A stretch of DNA of 62,339 nt from Gallionellales bacterium RIFCSPLOWO2_02_FULL_57_47 (GCA_001801175.1 MGWZ01000095.1:1-62339), one strand, 5' to 3'. Shown: positions 9,445-20,637, numbered from the stretch's first letter. Numbers and translations are program-made. Notes: generated by a model not told the origin, from the sequence alone.

Positions 9445-10243
9445 GCAGCACTTCCTTTTCTACCAAGCGAAGCCGAAGCGCATCCTTCGGCGCCCATATC
9501 CACCCTTCCGTGATCGGGATGGGCTCCGCTGGATGTGCCAGCGTATCCGGCTGAAATGTAAAAGCATAAGCAATAAGCGCGCAGGTCAGCGCATCCAGTT
9601 TGTCTTGGTGATCAATGCCGCCAGACCATTGCCGCATAGGTGGCTCAATACGTTCCGCCAACAAATACCGTTTCAATAACTCTTGAAATAGCGCCGAGTC
9701 CTTACAGGCCGATGGGTAGGCTTCGATGGCCGTCAATATATCGCCATCGGTCCAGGCTCCGCATTGAGCTACTTGTGGCGCAAACCGGGCAAGAACATGC
9801 ATCCCTTTGGTGGCTTGGCTGCCAATCATGTCCTTGATAGCCGACAATGGCCTGAGGCCGTGGTCAAAAAGGAATTGCTCGGTGTGACGAAACAAATAGG
9901 GATTGGTATCAGATTGCCCGATTAGCGCTTCGCACTCCAGCCTGATCACCAACTGCGTAAATGCTTCGGAAAATCCAAGCGGCGCATCAATGGCCATGAT
10001 CGTCCGCTTGTGTTCGGCTGGCAGATTGGTCTCACAAAGCAAGAACAAGCTTTCTAGCCAGTCGCAGGTGTTCTCTGCCTCGTTGATGGTGGTGCGCAAG
10101 TTACCGCGCCATGGCCTGCCGACAATATCCCGGTTGGCATCAAGGATCACGATGGCATCACGGCTCCTGTCGTTTTTGTCGCAGTTCCACCCACCGACAT
10201 CCCAGCCGATGAAAAACGAAGGGGGCTGCAATATGCCGCTCAT
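9437..10243 (-). CDS. DUF429-family predicted RNase H-fold nuclease
   Basis: IGWDVGGW, AIDAPLGF, IEAYP, DKLDA acidic motifs; ATGA overlap with hsdS. Confidence 0.75.
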   Translation of the reverse strand: MSGILQPPSFFIGWDVGGWNCDKNDRSRDAIVILDANRDIVGRPWRGNLRTTINEAENTCDWLESLFLLCETNLPAEHKRTIMAIDAPLGFSEAFTQLVIRLECEALIGQSDTNPYLFRHTEQFLFDHGLRPLSAIKDMIGSQATKGMHVLARFAPQVAQCGAWTDGDILTAIEAYPSACKDSALFQELLKRYLLAERIEPPMRQWSGGIDHQDKLDALTCALIAYAFTFQPDTLAHPAEPIPITEGWIWAPKDALRLRLVEKEVLHG

Positions 10244-11538
10244 ACCAAGCGTATCCTTCCGTTCAGCAATTCCTGCATCATCCCCTGCTTGAGGTCGCGG
10301 GTCTTGGCGCGGCGGGCTTCGAGCGCGTCGATCTCGGCGTCCATGTCGGAGAGGATGGTGGCGATGGCGGTTTGTTCATCATAGGTGGGTGGCATGGCAA
10401 TCTCGAACTTTTGGAATGTTGGTAGCCTGAGTGAATCAACTGTTGCCTTCACAGAATTCTGCATTGCGTGTGATCCAAAATTCTTGTCCATATAGAAATA
10501 GACATACTTGCCAGATGTTTCTTGAGTGAACTGCGTGATGGCATAAACCCGTTGATGCACATCAAAGCGCCCGTTGATGTAATGAAAAATGTTGCCTATG
10601 TTGCCTTCTCCTGGAACAAGAATCGCCTCACACTCATGCGAGTAGCTGTTTATCCTTTCAACGTGTGGTGACCGGACAAAAAACGGGTATGCACCATCTT
10701 CAATCTTATCTTCGTTATTTCGGCTTCCAGTCTTGATGTGTGCTATTTCACCCAACCGCTTCACCTCCCACTCCCCGCTAAACCCCGGCAGGCGGGTCGA
10801 TCCGGTGAGGAGTTGCTGCATCGCGGCCTGTTTGAGGTCGCGCTTCTTGGCGATGAGCTGGTCGAGCTTGGTGAGCAGCGCATCCACATCCGACAGCGCG
10901 GTGGCGATGGCGTCCTGCTCTTCTTCTGGCGGGAGAGCCAACTGAATCTTCTTGATTCCACCCAAGGTCATACCCGCCTTAGCGCCTTGGTCTGTAGCGC
11001 TACGGAAGCGTCTTTGCGCATCTTCAGATGCTAGGAAGTAGGCTACAAATTTACTGCTCACTACCTCCGCATCGAATCTTACAAGTGCGATGTGTTGGTT
11101 GATATACGCAGGCTTTGCCACACTACCGTCCACAAAACTTGCAATGCCAATATCAGCAGTTATGGAAATCAGAACATCATCATCTTGTAGTTGTGTGCGT
11201 GTGCCCTCGTTTGTATGGGAGGGAAGTTTCACCTGCTTCAAATCTGCCAAATTTAGGTAGATTGATTCCCGCGACATATTGGTTATGCGAATAAAGGGGG
11301 AGCCCATTTCCGAATAAAACTCCGCCCATCCACGAGAGCCACTTGTGACGAATGGATTCAATTCGCCTATTTCGGAAACTCGCCAATCCTCCGGAATCAC
11401 CCCCACCTCGGTCTGCTTGTAGCCCTGCGGGATGACAGGTAGTCGGGCTGAAGCCCGACCTACAGGTTGCGTCTCCAGCACATAGCTGGCCGGAGCCTCG
11501 CGCACTGCCAGCGGTTCGTTCATGCCTGCCACGCTCAT
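10240..11538 (-). CDS. hsdS: Type I R-M specificity subunit
   Basis: IPEDW, two TRDs, two EQxAIA conserved helices, KQGMMQELL C-terminus. Confidence 0.95.
   Translation of the reverse strand: MSVAGMNEPLAVREAPASYVLETQPVGRASARLPVIPQGYKQTEVGVIPEDWRVSEIGELNPFVTSGSRGWAEFYSEMGSPFIRITNMSRESIYLNLADLKQVKLPSHTNEGTRTQLQDDDVLISITADIGIASFVDGSVAKPAYINQHIALVRFDAEVVSSKFVAYFLASEDAQRRFRSATDQGAKAGMTLGGIKKIQLALPPEEEQDAIATALSDVDALLTKLDQLIAKKRDLKQAAMQQLLTGSTRLPGFSGEWEVKRLGEIAHIKTGSRNNEDKIEDGAYPFFVRSPHVERINSYSHECEAILVPGEGNIGNIFHYINGRFDVHQRVYAITQFTQETSGKYVYFYMDKNFGSHAMQNSVKATVDSLRLPTFQKFEIAMPPTYDEQTAIATILSDMDAEIDALEARRAKTRDLKQGMMQELLNGRIRLV
11442..11463 (-). repeat. GTAG-type REP in frame within the hsdS 5' end
   Basis: GTAGGTCGGGCTTCAGCCCGAC hairpin on the minus strand, encoding VGRASAR. 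Confidence 0.7.
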
Positions 11539-12698
11539 AGCGCCTCGCCGCCTTCGTTGAGAATACTCAGGTACCCGTCGTACACGAACACGCGGTTGCG
11601 GCGCTGGCCGGTGAGTTCGCGCGCGATGCCGAGTTCCATCAGTGTCTGCATAACTTTGCCGACGGTGGGGAAGCTCATGCCGGTTTCCGTGCGCAGTAGC
11701 TTGAGCGTGGCGACGGGGTGGCTGCGCAGGGCGTGGAGTACGCGCAGGGCATTGGCCGCACCGCGCCCACTGGCCTGGATGCGTTGGCTATCCTGCTGGA
11801 ACAAGGCGACCAGCCGCTGCGCGGTTTGCACCGCGCCTTGCGCGGTTTGCTCGACGCCTTCGAGAAAGAAATCCACCCACGCTTCCCAGTCGCCCTGGGT
11901 GCGCACCCGGTCGAGCAGTTCGTAATACACGGGGCGGTGCTGTTTGAAATACAGGCTCAGGTAGAGCAACGGCTGCGCGAGCAGGCCGCCCTGGTGCAAC
12001 AGCATGGCGATCAGCAGGCGGCCCAGCCTGCCGTTGCCGTCGAGGAACGGGTGGATGGTTTCAAATTGCACGTGCGCCAGCGCGGCCTTGATCAGCACCG
12101 GCGTGGCCTCGGCGGGCTGGTGGATGAATTGTTCCAGCGCGGCCATGCACGGCTCCACTTCCAGCGGAGGTGGAGGGACGAAGCGGGCCTTGCCGGGGCG
12201 GGTGCCGCCGATCCAATTCTGGCTGCGGCGGAATTCTCCCGGCGACTTGTCGCTGCCGCGACCACGCGCCATCAGGCGGGCGTGCATTTCGCGCAGCAAC
12301 CGGTTGCACAGCGGGAAGTCTTCGCGCAGGCGCGCCATGCCGTACTCCAGCGCGGCGATGTAGTTGGAGACTTCGACCACGTCGTCGAACGGCACGCCGG
12401 GCGCTTCGTCCAACTCGAACAGCAACAGGTCGGACAACGAGGATTGCGTGCCTTCGATCTGCGAGGACAGCACCGCCTCGCGGCGCACGTAGGCGTACAG
12501 GGATAGCTGTGGATCGGGGAGCAGCGTGCTCACGCTGTCGAGCCGGCCGAGCGCCAGCGTGGCACGTTCGAGCAGTCGCTGCCGCGCCTCGTTTATTTCC
12601 AGCGGAGGGGTGGGCGGTAATGGGTTAGGCACAAAGGCATTCACCATTTCTCCGCCTGCGGGGCTTGAGATGTATCGACCGGTGATGTCTCTGTGCAT
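11535..12698 (-). CDS. Fic-family protein (class II type, N-terminal inhibitory motif) with C-terminal HTH
   Basis: HPFLDGNGRLGR catalytic motif; SSQIEG inhibitory motif. Confidence 0.92.
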   Translation of the reverse strand: MHRDITGRYISSPAGGEMVNAFVPNPLPPTPPLEINEARQRLLERATLALGRLDSVSTLLPDPQLSLYAYVRREAVLSSQIEGTQSSLSDLLLFELDEAPGVPFDDVVEVSNYIAALEYGMARLREDFPLCNRLLREMHARLMARGRGSDKSPGEFRRSQNWIGGTRPGKARFVPPPPLEVEPCMAALEQFIHQPAEATPVLIKAALAHVQFETIHPFLDGNGRLGRLLIAMLLHQGGLLAQPLLYLSLYFKQHRPVYYELLDRVRTQGDWEAWVDFFLEGVEQTAQGAVQTAQRLVALFQQDSQRIQASGRGAANALRVLHALRSHPVATLKLLRTETGMSFPTVGKVMQTLMELGIARELTGQRRNRVFVYDGYLSILNEGGEAL

Positions 12699-12751
12699 GG
12701 TGTGTGAACCTTTAATAAGAAATCAAGTTATTTAAATATTAACTGATTTAT

Positions 12752-15259
12752 TTAATAAAAGCCCATCTTTTGCAGATGTGCGGCCACTTTGTCGTGCAAC
12801 GCGGCAACGTCTTCTTCCAGTTCAGGCAGCGGCGTTTCGTAGCGTTCGGCCAGTTGCCTGATGCGCCCAGTCAAGGTCTGCGAGACGCGATCCAGTTCGC
12901 CCTGCACGCTGATCGCCAGCGCGGCCAGCCATTTGTCGTCCACCACCAGCGTCTTGATCTCGGCCTCGGTGAGCTTTGCATACTGGGCGGCAACCTGGGC
13001 ATCGAGCGCCTGTTGCGCCTCTTTCACTTTTTTGCTGGCGGCGGCTTCCTGCTCGACCAGATCGGCGTAGGCTTCCAGCGCCTTGCGCTCTTGGGCTTCG
13101 ACAAGCTCAGCCCGAACGGAGTTAAGGTTTTTCAGCCTGTCCTTCAGCGCCCCCTTGCTGATCTTGCCGTCTTCCATCACCTCGAACAGCAAGCCTTCCT
13201 CGCCGCCGTGTTCCTCGCGCATTTCTTCCATCTGTTGCTCAAGGGCTGCGACTCCTGCCTCCATCTGCTCGATGGCCGCCTGTTCGGCGGCGAAGTAGCG
13301 CGCGATTATCAGGGCGGGCGGAATGAGGTCGGCTTTATAGCGCTTCTTGTCGAACACGAAGTCGTGCTCTTCGCGATAGACGGGTTTGCCGTTCTTGTCT
13401 TTGGCCGGGAAGAGTTGCCGGACGACCCCGGCCGCTTCCCAGCCGTCGCTGGCGATGACCCAGGCATCGTCCTGCATGGTGCTTGCCCAGTAGTCCATCA
13501 GGTGCTGATAGACATCGTAGGGGTCGAGCAGCGGTGCGCCACGGTAGGTTTCCAGCAGGTTTTCCGAGAGGGTTTCAATCAACAGCTTGGGGCGGTCGCC
13601 CTGCTTGATGCCGTTGAGCATTGGAGTGTTGGCCGCTTTCCATTGCGCGAACAGCTTGGTCACCTGCCGGTTGAAGGCAGTAAATTCCGGGTGGCCGAAG
13701 ATGACGGCCTTGACCTGGCCGGCTGCGACTTTGGGCTGGCTGTAACAAGCCCTGTCCCTCACCCTCTCCCCCGGCCCCTCTCCCGCGAGCGGGAGAGGGG
13801 AGAAGAGTTCGTCTCGCACGCTGGGGAATTCTTGCCAGTAGGGCGCGAGGCCGTCTATGTCGCGGTTGGGGATGCCGCCTTTGAGATGCGCCTCGATGTC
13901 CTGCAAGTCTTCCGCTTCGGTGCTGTCGATGTAGCGCGGCAGGTTGAGGTTGTAGCCGTTCGCAGGACTCGCAATTTCATCCAACGGCACCATGCGCGCA
14001 TACTTGGGCGTCTCCACCTGACGGGTGAAGATGTCCACGATCTTGTGGATGTCCTGGGCGCGCAAGCGGTTCTTGTTGCCGTCCTTGATGTAAGCCTTGC
14101 TGGCGTCGATCATGAAGATGCCCTTGCGCCCCGCCGCCCCCGCCTTGTCCAGCACGATGATGCAGGCGGGGATGCCGGTGCCGTAGAACAGGTTGGGCGG
14201 CAGGCCGATGATGCCTTTGATATAGCCTTGCTTGATGATGCGGGTGCGAATGTCACCTTCCGCTCCACTCCGAAACAGCACGCCGTGGGGCAGAATCACC
14301 GCCGCCTTGCCGGTGCTCTTGAGGCTCTTGAGCATGTGCAGCAGGAAGGCATAGTCGCCGTTCTTGTCGGGCGGGATGCCGTACTCGAAGCGGCCATACA
14401 GGTCGTTGACCGCATCGAGGCCGCTGGTCCAGTTCTTGTTGGAGAACGGCGGATTGGCCACCACATAGTCGAAGGTCTTGAGGCTGCCGTCGGCGTTCTT
14501 GAAATACGGATGCGATAGCGTGTTGTCCTGCCAGATTTCCGCCGTGGGGCAATCGTGCAGCACCATGTTCATGCGCGCCAGTGCGGAGGTGGCGTTGTCC
14601 ATCTCCTGCCCGTACAGCGCGAGGTCCAGCCCGGTGCGGCTTTTGGCTTCGTCGTGCGCCTTGAGCAGCAGCGAGCCGGAGCCGCAGGTCGGGTCGTAGA
14701 TGCTCTGGTCGGGGTCGCTGGCCGAACCCAGCTCGATGACCATGGACATGATGCGCGACACTTCCGCCGGGGTGTAGAACTGCCCCTTGCTCTTGCCGGA
14801 CTCGGTGGCGAAATGCCGCATCAGATATTCGTAGGCGTCGCCCAGCAGGTCGTCGCCCTCGGCGCGGTTGCGCCCGAAGTCCATGCTCTCGAATATGGCG
14901 ACCAGCTTGGTGAGGCGATCCACCATGGCTTCCGCTTTGCCCAGCCTGGTCTCGTCGTTGAAGTCGGGAAAATCTTTCGCACTGGGCAAGGCGGGGTTGG
15001 CCGTCGCCAGCTTGCCGATGATCTTGTTGATCTTGTCGCCGATCTCCTTGTCTTCCTTGGCCGCCACCATGTCGGCAAAGCCGCCGCCGACGGGCACGTC
15101 GATCAGCGCGTTGGGGTCGCCCGCATATTTGTCGGAGACGTATTTGACGAACAACAGGACGAGGACGTAATCCTTGTACTGCGAAGCATCCATGCCGCCG
15201 CGCAACTCGTCGCAGCTAGACCAGAGTGAAGAATAAAGTTCGGATTTCTTGATGGCCAT
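12752..15259 (-). CDS. hsdM: Type I R-M N6-adenine methyltransferase subunit M
   Basis: GQFYTP, DPTCGSGSLL, NPPF motif IV, PHGVLFR. Confidence 0.96.
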   Translation of the reverse strand: MAIKKSELYSSLWSSCDELRGGMDASQYKDYVLVLLFVKYVSDKYAGDPNALIDVPVGGGFADMVAAKEDKEIGDKINKIIGKLATANPALPSAKDFPDFNDETRLGKAEAMVDRLTKLVAIFESMDFGRNRAEGDDLLGDAYEYLMRHFATESGKSKGQFYTPAEVSRIMSMVIELGSASDPDQSIYDPTCGSGSLLLKAHDEAKSRTGLDLALYGQEMDNATSALARMNMVLHDCPTAEIWQDNTLSHPYFKNADGSLKTFDYVVANPPFSNKNWTSGLDAVNDLYGRFEYGIPPDKNGDYAFLLHMLKSLKSTGKAAVILPHGVLFRSGAEGDIRTRIIKQGYIKGIIGLPPNLFYGTGIPACIIVLDKAGAAGRKGIFMIDASKAYIKDGNKNRLRAQDIHKIVDIFTRQVETPKYARMVPLDEIASPANGYNLNLPRYIDSTEAEDLQDIEAHLKGGIPNRDIDGLAPYWQEFPSVRDELFSPLPLAGEGPGERVRDRACYSQPKVAAGQVKAVIFGHPEFTAFNRQVTKLFAQWKAANTPMLNGIKQGDRPKLLIETLSENLLETYRGAPLLDPYDVYQHLMDYWASTMQDDAWVIASDGWEAAGVVRQLFPAKDKNGKPVYREEHDFVFDKKRYKADLIPPALIIARYFAAEQAAIEQMEAGVAALEQQMEEMREEHGGEEGLLFEVMEDGKISKGALKDRLKNLNSVRAELVEAQERKALEAYADLVEQEAAASKKVKEAQQALDAQVAAQYAKLTEAEIKTLVVDDKWLAALAISVQGELDRVSQTLTGRIRQLAERYETPLPELEEDVAALHDKVAAHLQKMGFY
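13093..13119 (-). repeat. Family B palindromic repeat in frame in hsdM (SVRAELVEA)
   Basis: Matches the intergenic copy at 3717-3742. Confidence 0.75.
13756..13800. repeat. Family A (CCCTC..CCCTCTCCC-GGGAGAGGG) palindrome in frame in hsdM (SPLPLAGEGPGERVR)
   Basis: CCCCTCTCCCG-cgag-CGGGAGAGGGG hairpin; related copies at 16824, 18314, 51137 and 52163. Confidence 0.85.
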
Positions 15260-15657
15260 GTGTTTTTATTTTTTGTTCGTCGTGGCGGAAGGTTACAAAA
15301 ACCAGGCCGCGCTAACCCGGTCTGTAATTGTAATGCGAATGTGCGGTAATGCGCTGTAATGCGCTGTTTTGACCGCCCTAAGCCCGATGAATTAAACCAG
15401 CCGGTTCGGAGCTTGAAAAAACAGATGTTCAAACATCAACTTCTGGATTAGTTACCACCATACGCACCGAAAACCGGTCGTTCACGGCAATCTTCTTGAT
15501 CGACCCCTACTGTTAAGGGTTGTCAGATGCCTGCCCTCAGCCACAGGCCAATCAAGATACAGCAACACTCGTCGGGCAGGCGTCGGACAAGCCTCGAATA
15601 ACACTTAGCTGCCGGTCGCATCAATCAGCTCTCGCACCCAAGCCGCAAAAGCACGCC

Positions 15658-16359
15658 CTAACCCGCCAACCCCACGTAGACATTCTGCACATCGTCATCC
15701 GCGTCGACCGCTTCCAGGAATGCTTCGACTTCTTCGCGCTCGGCATCGCTCAGCGTGACGGGATTTTTCGGGCGATAGCCCAGCTGCGCGGAGATCACGG
15801 TGTAGCCCTGTGCTGGCAGGGCGCGGCACACGGCATCGAGGTCGGTGATGTCGGTGATGAACAGTGTCGCGCCTTCGTCGGCGGGTTCGAAGTCCTGTGC
15901 GCCCGCTTCGATGGCTGCGAGTTCCGCGTCTGCGTCTCTGGAGTTCGGCGTCGCTTCGATCATGCCCACATGGTCGAAATCCCACGAGACCGAACCGGCA
16001 GCGCCGAGCTGGCCCTTGCGGAACAGCACGCGGATGTTGGGGTAGGTGCGGTTGACGTTGTCGGTGAGGCACTCGACGATGACCGGGACTTTATGCGGCG
16101 CGAAACCCTCGTAGATCAGGCGTTCCAGGCTCGCCCCGCCGTCTAGCAGGCCCGCGCCTTTCTTGATCGCGCGTTCCAGCGTTTCTTTGGGCATGGATGC
16201 TTTCTTGGCCTGCTCGACCACCAGGCGCAAGCGCGAGTTCAAATCTGGATCAGCGCCGCCTTTTGCGGCGACCATGATTTCCTTGGACAGCTTGCCGAAA
16301 ATCTTACCCTTGGCGTTCGCTGCGATTTCTTTGTGTCTGGCTTTCCACTGGGCACCCAT
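15658..16359 (-). CDS. YebC/PmpR family protein
   Basis: [29 protein letters not shown] motifs. Confidence 0.93.
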   Translation of the reverse strand: MGAQWKARHKEIAANAKGKIFGKLSKEIMVAAKGGADPDLNSRLRLVVEQAKKASMPKETLERAIKKGAGLLDGGASLERLIYEGFAPHKVPVIVECLTDNVNRTYPNIRVLFRKGQLGAAGSVSWDFDHVGMIEATPNSRDADAELAAIEAGAQDFEPADEGATLFITDITDLDAVCRALPAQGYTVISAQLGYRPKNPVTLSDAEREEVEAFLEAVDADDDVQNVYVGLAG

Positions 16360-16402
16360 AGCTGTTCTCTTGTTGGTTGGTTAATTCGATAAAAAAGTCT
16401 GT

Positions 16403-16517
16403 CCACGAAAAAAACTAGGCGAGTCAGAGCGTGGTATCTCTTCGAAAATTCATGCGAGCTTCCGTCTTGAGGCGAAATGCCGGCTTGCCCCATTTCGTGC
16501 TTTTCGTGCCTTGCGTG
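16403..16517. repeat. Degenerate 9-nt-period CACGAAA-type repeat pair
   Basis: ccacgaaa (16403) and inverted tttcgtgcttttcgtgccttgcgtg (16493-16517); similar to the pair at 43605-43778. Confidence 0.45.
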
Positions 16518-16579
16518 AACCAATCGCCATTTTCGGGTTTCCTGATTAGCCATCAAGTTCAATTGCACATTAAAAGAGC

Positions 16580-16700
16580 CGTCATTGTGAGCGAAGCGCG
16601 GCAATCCAGTTAATCAGAAATGCCTTTATGAATAAAAGCATCTGGATTGCCACGTCCCGCCACGCTTTGCTCGCGGCTAAAGGCGCTCCTCGCAATGACG
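16580..16700. repeat. CGTC-type REP doublet
   Basis: CGTCATTGTGAGCGAAGCGCGGCAATCCAG ... CTGGATTGCC...CTCGCAATGACG inverted pair with an internal hairpin. Confidence 0.75.
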
Positions 16701-16823
16701 TGTGCTGAACTTTATAGCTAATCAGGCCGGGGTTTTACATATTCCGTCCGGGACGAACCCCGTGCGCATCTTGCCTCAATTGGCGGGGAGCATCAATCTG
16801 ATCAATCCCAGCCTGCAAGACAT

Positions 16824-16858
16824 CCCTCACCCTACCCTCTCCCGCCTGCGGGAGAGGG
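16824..16858. repeat. Family A palindrome directly downstream of the recQ stop
   Basis: CCCTCACCCTACCCTCTCCCGCCTGCGGGAGAGGG. Confidence 0.85.
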
Positions 16859-16860
16859 AA

Positions 16861-18753
16861 TTAAGCACCATTCGCCACATGTTCCACCACCTGCAAAAAC
16901 TCATCGCCATACTTCGCCAGCTTGGCCTGCCCCACTCCGCTGATCTGCCCCATCTCGGCCAGGCTGCCGGGACGTCGTTTCAGGATTTCCATCAGAGTGC
17001 TGTCGTGAAAAATCACATAGGGCGGCACGCCTTGTTCGCGGGCAAGTTCCGTGCGTTTGGCTTTGAGGGCGAGCCACAAGGGATCGTCGCTCGCACCGGC
17101 GAAAGGTTCGCGTGATTTGGCATTACGCTCGGCGCGTTGGGCTTTGCGTTTGACGGGGTCGGCATCGCGCCTTAGCCATACAGATTGTTCGCCGCGCAAC
17201 ACCGGGCGCGCGGCATCAGTGAGGCGCAGGCCGCCGTAGGCTTCCATGTCCACATTAAGCAGCCCGGCTGCGACCAGCTGGCGATAGACGCTGCTCCATT
17301 GCGTCTGCGCCAGGTCCTTGCCGATGCCGAAAGTGCTGAGTTGATGGTGGCGGAATTGTTCGATTTTCGCAGTTTCCTTGCCGAGCAGCACGTCGATCAG
17401 GTGGGCGACGCCGAAGCGCTGTCCGGTGCGGTACACGCAGGACAGCGCCATCTGCGCGGCCTGGGTCGCGTCCCAGGTGTCCACGGGCGAAAGGCAGTTG
17501 TCGCATTCGTCGCAGTCGCCGGGATGTTCTTCGCCAAAGTAGCGCAGCAGGATCTGGTGGCGGCAGGCGGTGGATTCGCAGAAGCCGAGCAGCGCGTCGA
17601 GCTTTTGCAGCTCGACGCGCTTGCGCTCTTCGGGCGCATCGCCGGACAGCAGCATCTGGCGCATCGACACGACATCGCCCAGTCCGTAAGCCATCCACGC
17701 ATTCGCGGGCAGGCCATCGCGCCCGGCGCGGCCGGTTTCCTGGTAGTAGCCTTCCATGCTCTTGGGCAGGTCGAGGTGGGCGACGAAGCGCACATTGGGT
17801 TTGTCGATGCCCATGCCGAATGCGACGGTGGCGACCATGATGACGCCTTCCTCGCGCAGGAATCGTTTCTGGTTGGCGCTGCGCGTGGCGGTATCGAGTC
17901 CGGCGTGATAGGGCAAGGCGTCCCAGCCCTGTTCCCTGAGCCATGCGGCGGTCTCTTCGACTTTCTTGCGCGACAGACAATAGACGATGCCCGCGTCGTC
18001 TGGATGCTCGGTTTCGAGGAAGGCCTGCAACTGTTGCCGCGCATTGTTCTTCTGCGTGACGCGATAGCGGATGTTGGGGCGGTCGAAGCTGGAGACGAAT
18101 TGCTCTGCCTGTTCCAGCGCCAGCCGCTCGACGATCTCGCGCCGCGTCGGCGCATCCGCCGTGGCGGTCAGCGCGATGCGCGGCACGTTGGGGAAGCGCT
18201 CGTGCAGCACGGTCAGCGCGCGGTACTCGGGGCGGAAGTCGTGGCCCCATTGGGATACGCAATGGGCTTCGTCGATGGCGAAGAGAGCGATGCCAGGTGA
18301 CTCCACACTTCTACCCCCACCCCTGCCCTCCCCCTGCAAGGGGGAAGGAGTTTGGGCGTGCAGGCGTTCCAGGAGGTTGAGGAAGCTGTCTGTCATCAGG
18401 CGCTCGGGGGCGACATAGAGCAGCTTCAACTCGCCGCGCTGCACAGACTGCGACACTTCGCGCGCCGCACCGGCATCCAGGCTGGAGTTGAGGAAGGCTG
18501 CCTGCACGCCGAGCTGTTTGAGCGCATCGACCTGGTCCTGCATCAGCGCGATCAGCGGCGACACGACGATGCCGACGCCTGCACGCAACAGTGCGGGGAT
18601 CTGGTAGCACAGCGACTTGCCGCCGCCAGTCGGCATCAGCACCAGCGCGTCTCCGCCCGCTGTGACATGCTCGACGATGTCCTGCTGCGCACCGCGAAAG
18701 TCCGCATAACCGAACACGTCGCGGAGAATTTGCCGGGGAGATGAATTGGACAT
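16861..18753 (-). CDS. recQ: DNA helicase RecQ
   Basis: [22 protein letters not shown], Zn-binding Cys cluster, RQC and HRDC domains. Confidence 0.97.
   Translation of the reverse strand: MSNSSPRQILRDVFGYADFRGAQQDIVEHVTAGGDALVLMPTGGGKSLCYQIPALLRAGVGIVVSPLIALMQDQVDALKQLGVQAAFLNSSLDAGAAREVSQSVQRGELKLLYVAPERLMTDSFLNLLERLHAQTPSPLQGEGRGGGRSVESPGIALFAIDEAHCVSQWGHDFRPEYRALTVLHERFPNVPRIALTATADAPTRREIVERLALEQAEQFVSSFDRPNIRYRVTQKNNARQQLQAFLETEHPDDAGIVYCLSRKKVEETAAWLREQGWDALPYHAGLDTATRSANQKRFLREEGVIMVATVAFGMGIDKPNVRFVAHLDLPKSMEGYYQETGRAGRDGLPANAWMAYGLGDVVSMRQMLLSGDAPEERKRVELQKLDALLGFCESTACRHQILLRYFGEEHPGDCDECDNCLSPVDTWDATQAAQMALSCVYRTGQRFGVAHLIDVLLGKETAKIEQFRHHQLSTFGIGKDLAQTQWSSVYRQLVAAGLLNVDMEAYGGLRLTDAARPVLRGEQSVWLRRDADPVKRKAQRAERNAKSREPFAGASDDPLWLALKAKRTELAREQGVPPYVIFHDSTLMEILKRRPGSLAEMGQISGVGQAKLAKYGDEFLQVVEHVANGA
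18314..18349. repeat. Family A palindrome in frame in recQ ([11 protein letters not shown])
   Basis: cccccacccctgccctccccctgcaagggggaagga, just upstream of the DEAH motif. Confidence 0.75.
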
Positions 18754-18773
18754 GGATGCCGTGTCGGCCGAAA

Positions 18774-19106
18774 TCAGCGTTTGTCTGGCGTTACAGGTTT
18801 GGCTGCGGGCACTGCCGAAGCTGGTTCAGCTGGCTGCTTTTCGATGATCTGGAAGAACACTTCGCCTTGCCTGATCATGCCCAGCTCGCTGCGCGCGCGT
18901 TCCTCGATCGCTTCGGTGCCCTGCTTGAGGTCGCGCACCTCGGCATCCAGCAGGGCATTTCGCGCCTGTGTCTGCTGATTGATTTGCTGTTGCGCCTCGA
19001 CCTGGCGATTCAGGTCCCACACTTTCAACCAGCTGCCCTTGCCCAGCCACAGCGGATACTGCAACAACAGCAGCAGGACAATCAGTATCAGTGTGACTGC
19101 ACGCAT
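18774..19106 (-). CDS. ftsB: Cell division protein FtsB
   Basis: [21 protein letters not shown]; follows eno. Confidence 0.93.
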   Translation of the reverse strand: MRAVTLILIVLLLLLQYPLWLGKGSWLKVWDLNRQVEAQQQINQQTQARNALLDAEVRDLKQGTEAIEERARSELGMIRQGEVFFQIIEKQPAEPASAVPAAKPVTPDKR

Positions 19107-19109
19107 CAA

Positions 19110-19250
19110 GGGTACTCCAAAAAACCCGGATTTCATCCCAACTGCTGCGTTGCGCAAAAAATTTCTTGCTTACATATTTTCCATATGCTGCGCGGCAAAA
19201 TTTTTTTCACGCCTTGCATTTGGGCGAACTCCGTATTTTTAGAAGCACCC
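19110..19250. repeat. 141-bp palindromic MITE-like element (ERIC/RPE-like architecture)
   Basis: Terminal IR GGGTACTCCAAAAA / TTTTTAGAAGCACCC plus nested internal inverted repeats; fills the eno-ftsB gap. Confidence 0.65.
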
Positions 19251-20543
<1,293 letters not shown>

Positions 20544-20555
20544 TTAAGTTAGTTT

Positions 20556-20637
20556 GTAGGGCGGGTCACACCCGCCTTTGGAGGGTCATACTCGCCATCG
20601 CATCCAATATTGCAATGGCGGGTGTGACCCGCCCTAC
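20556..20637. repeat. GTAG-type REP doublet overlapping the kdsA stop codon
   Basis: GTAGGGCGGGTCACACCCGCC (20556-20576) and its exact inverse (20617-20637); degenerate third copy at 20580-20596. Confidence 0.85.

Noticed and set aside
15300-15665. Possible integron attC sites (CTAAC at about 15312 and 15658)
   Set aside because: No matching GTTRRRY with a paired stem at a suitable distance, and no integrase
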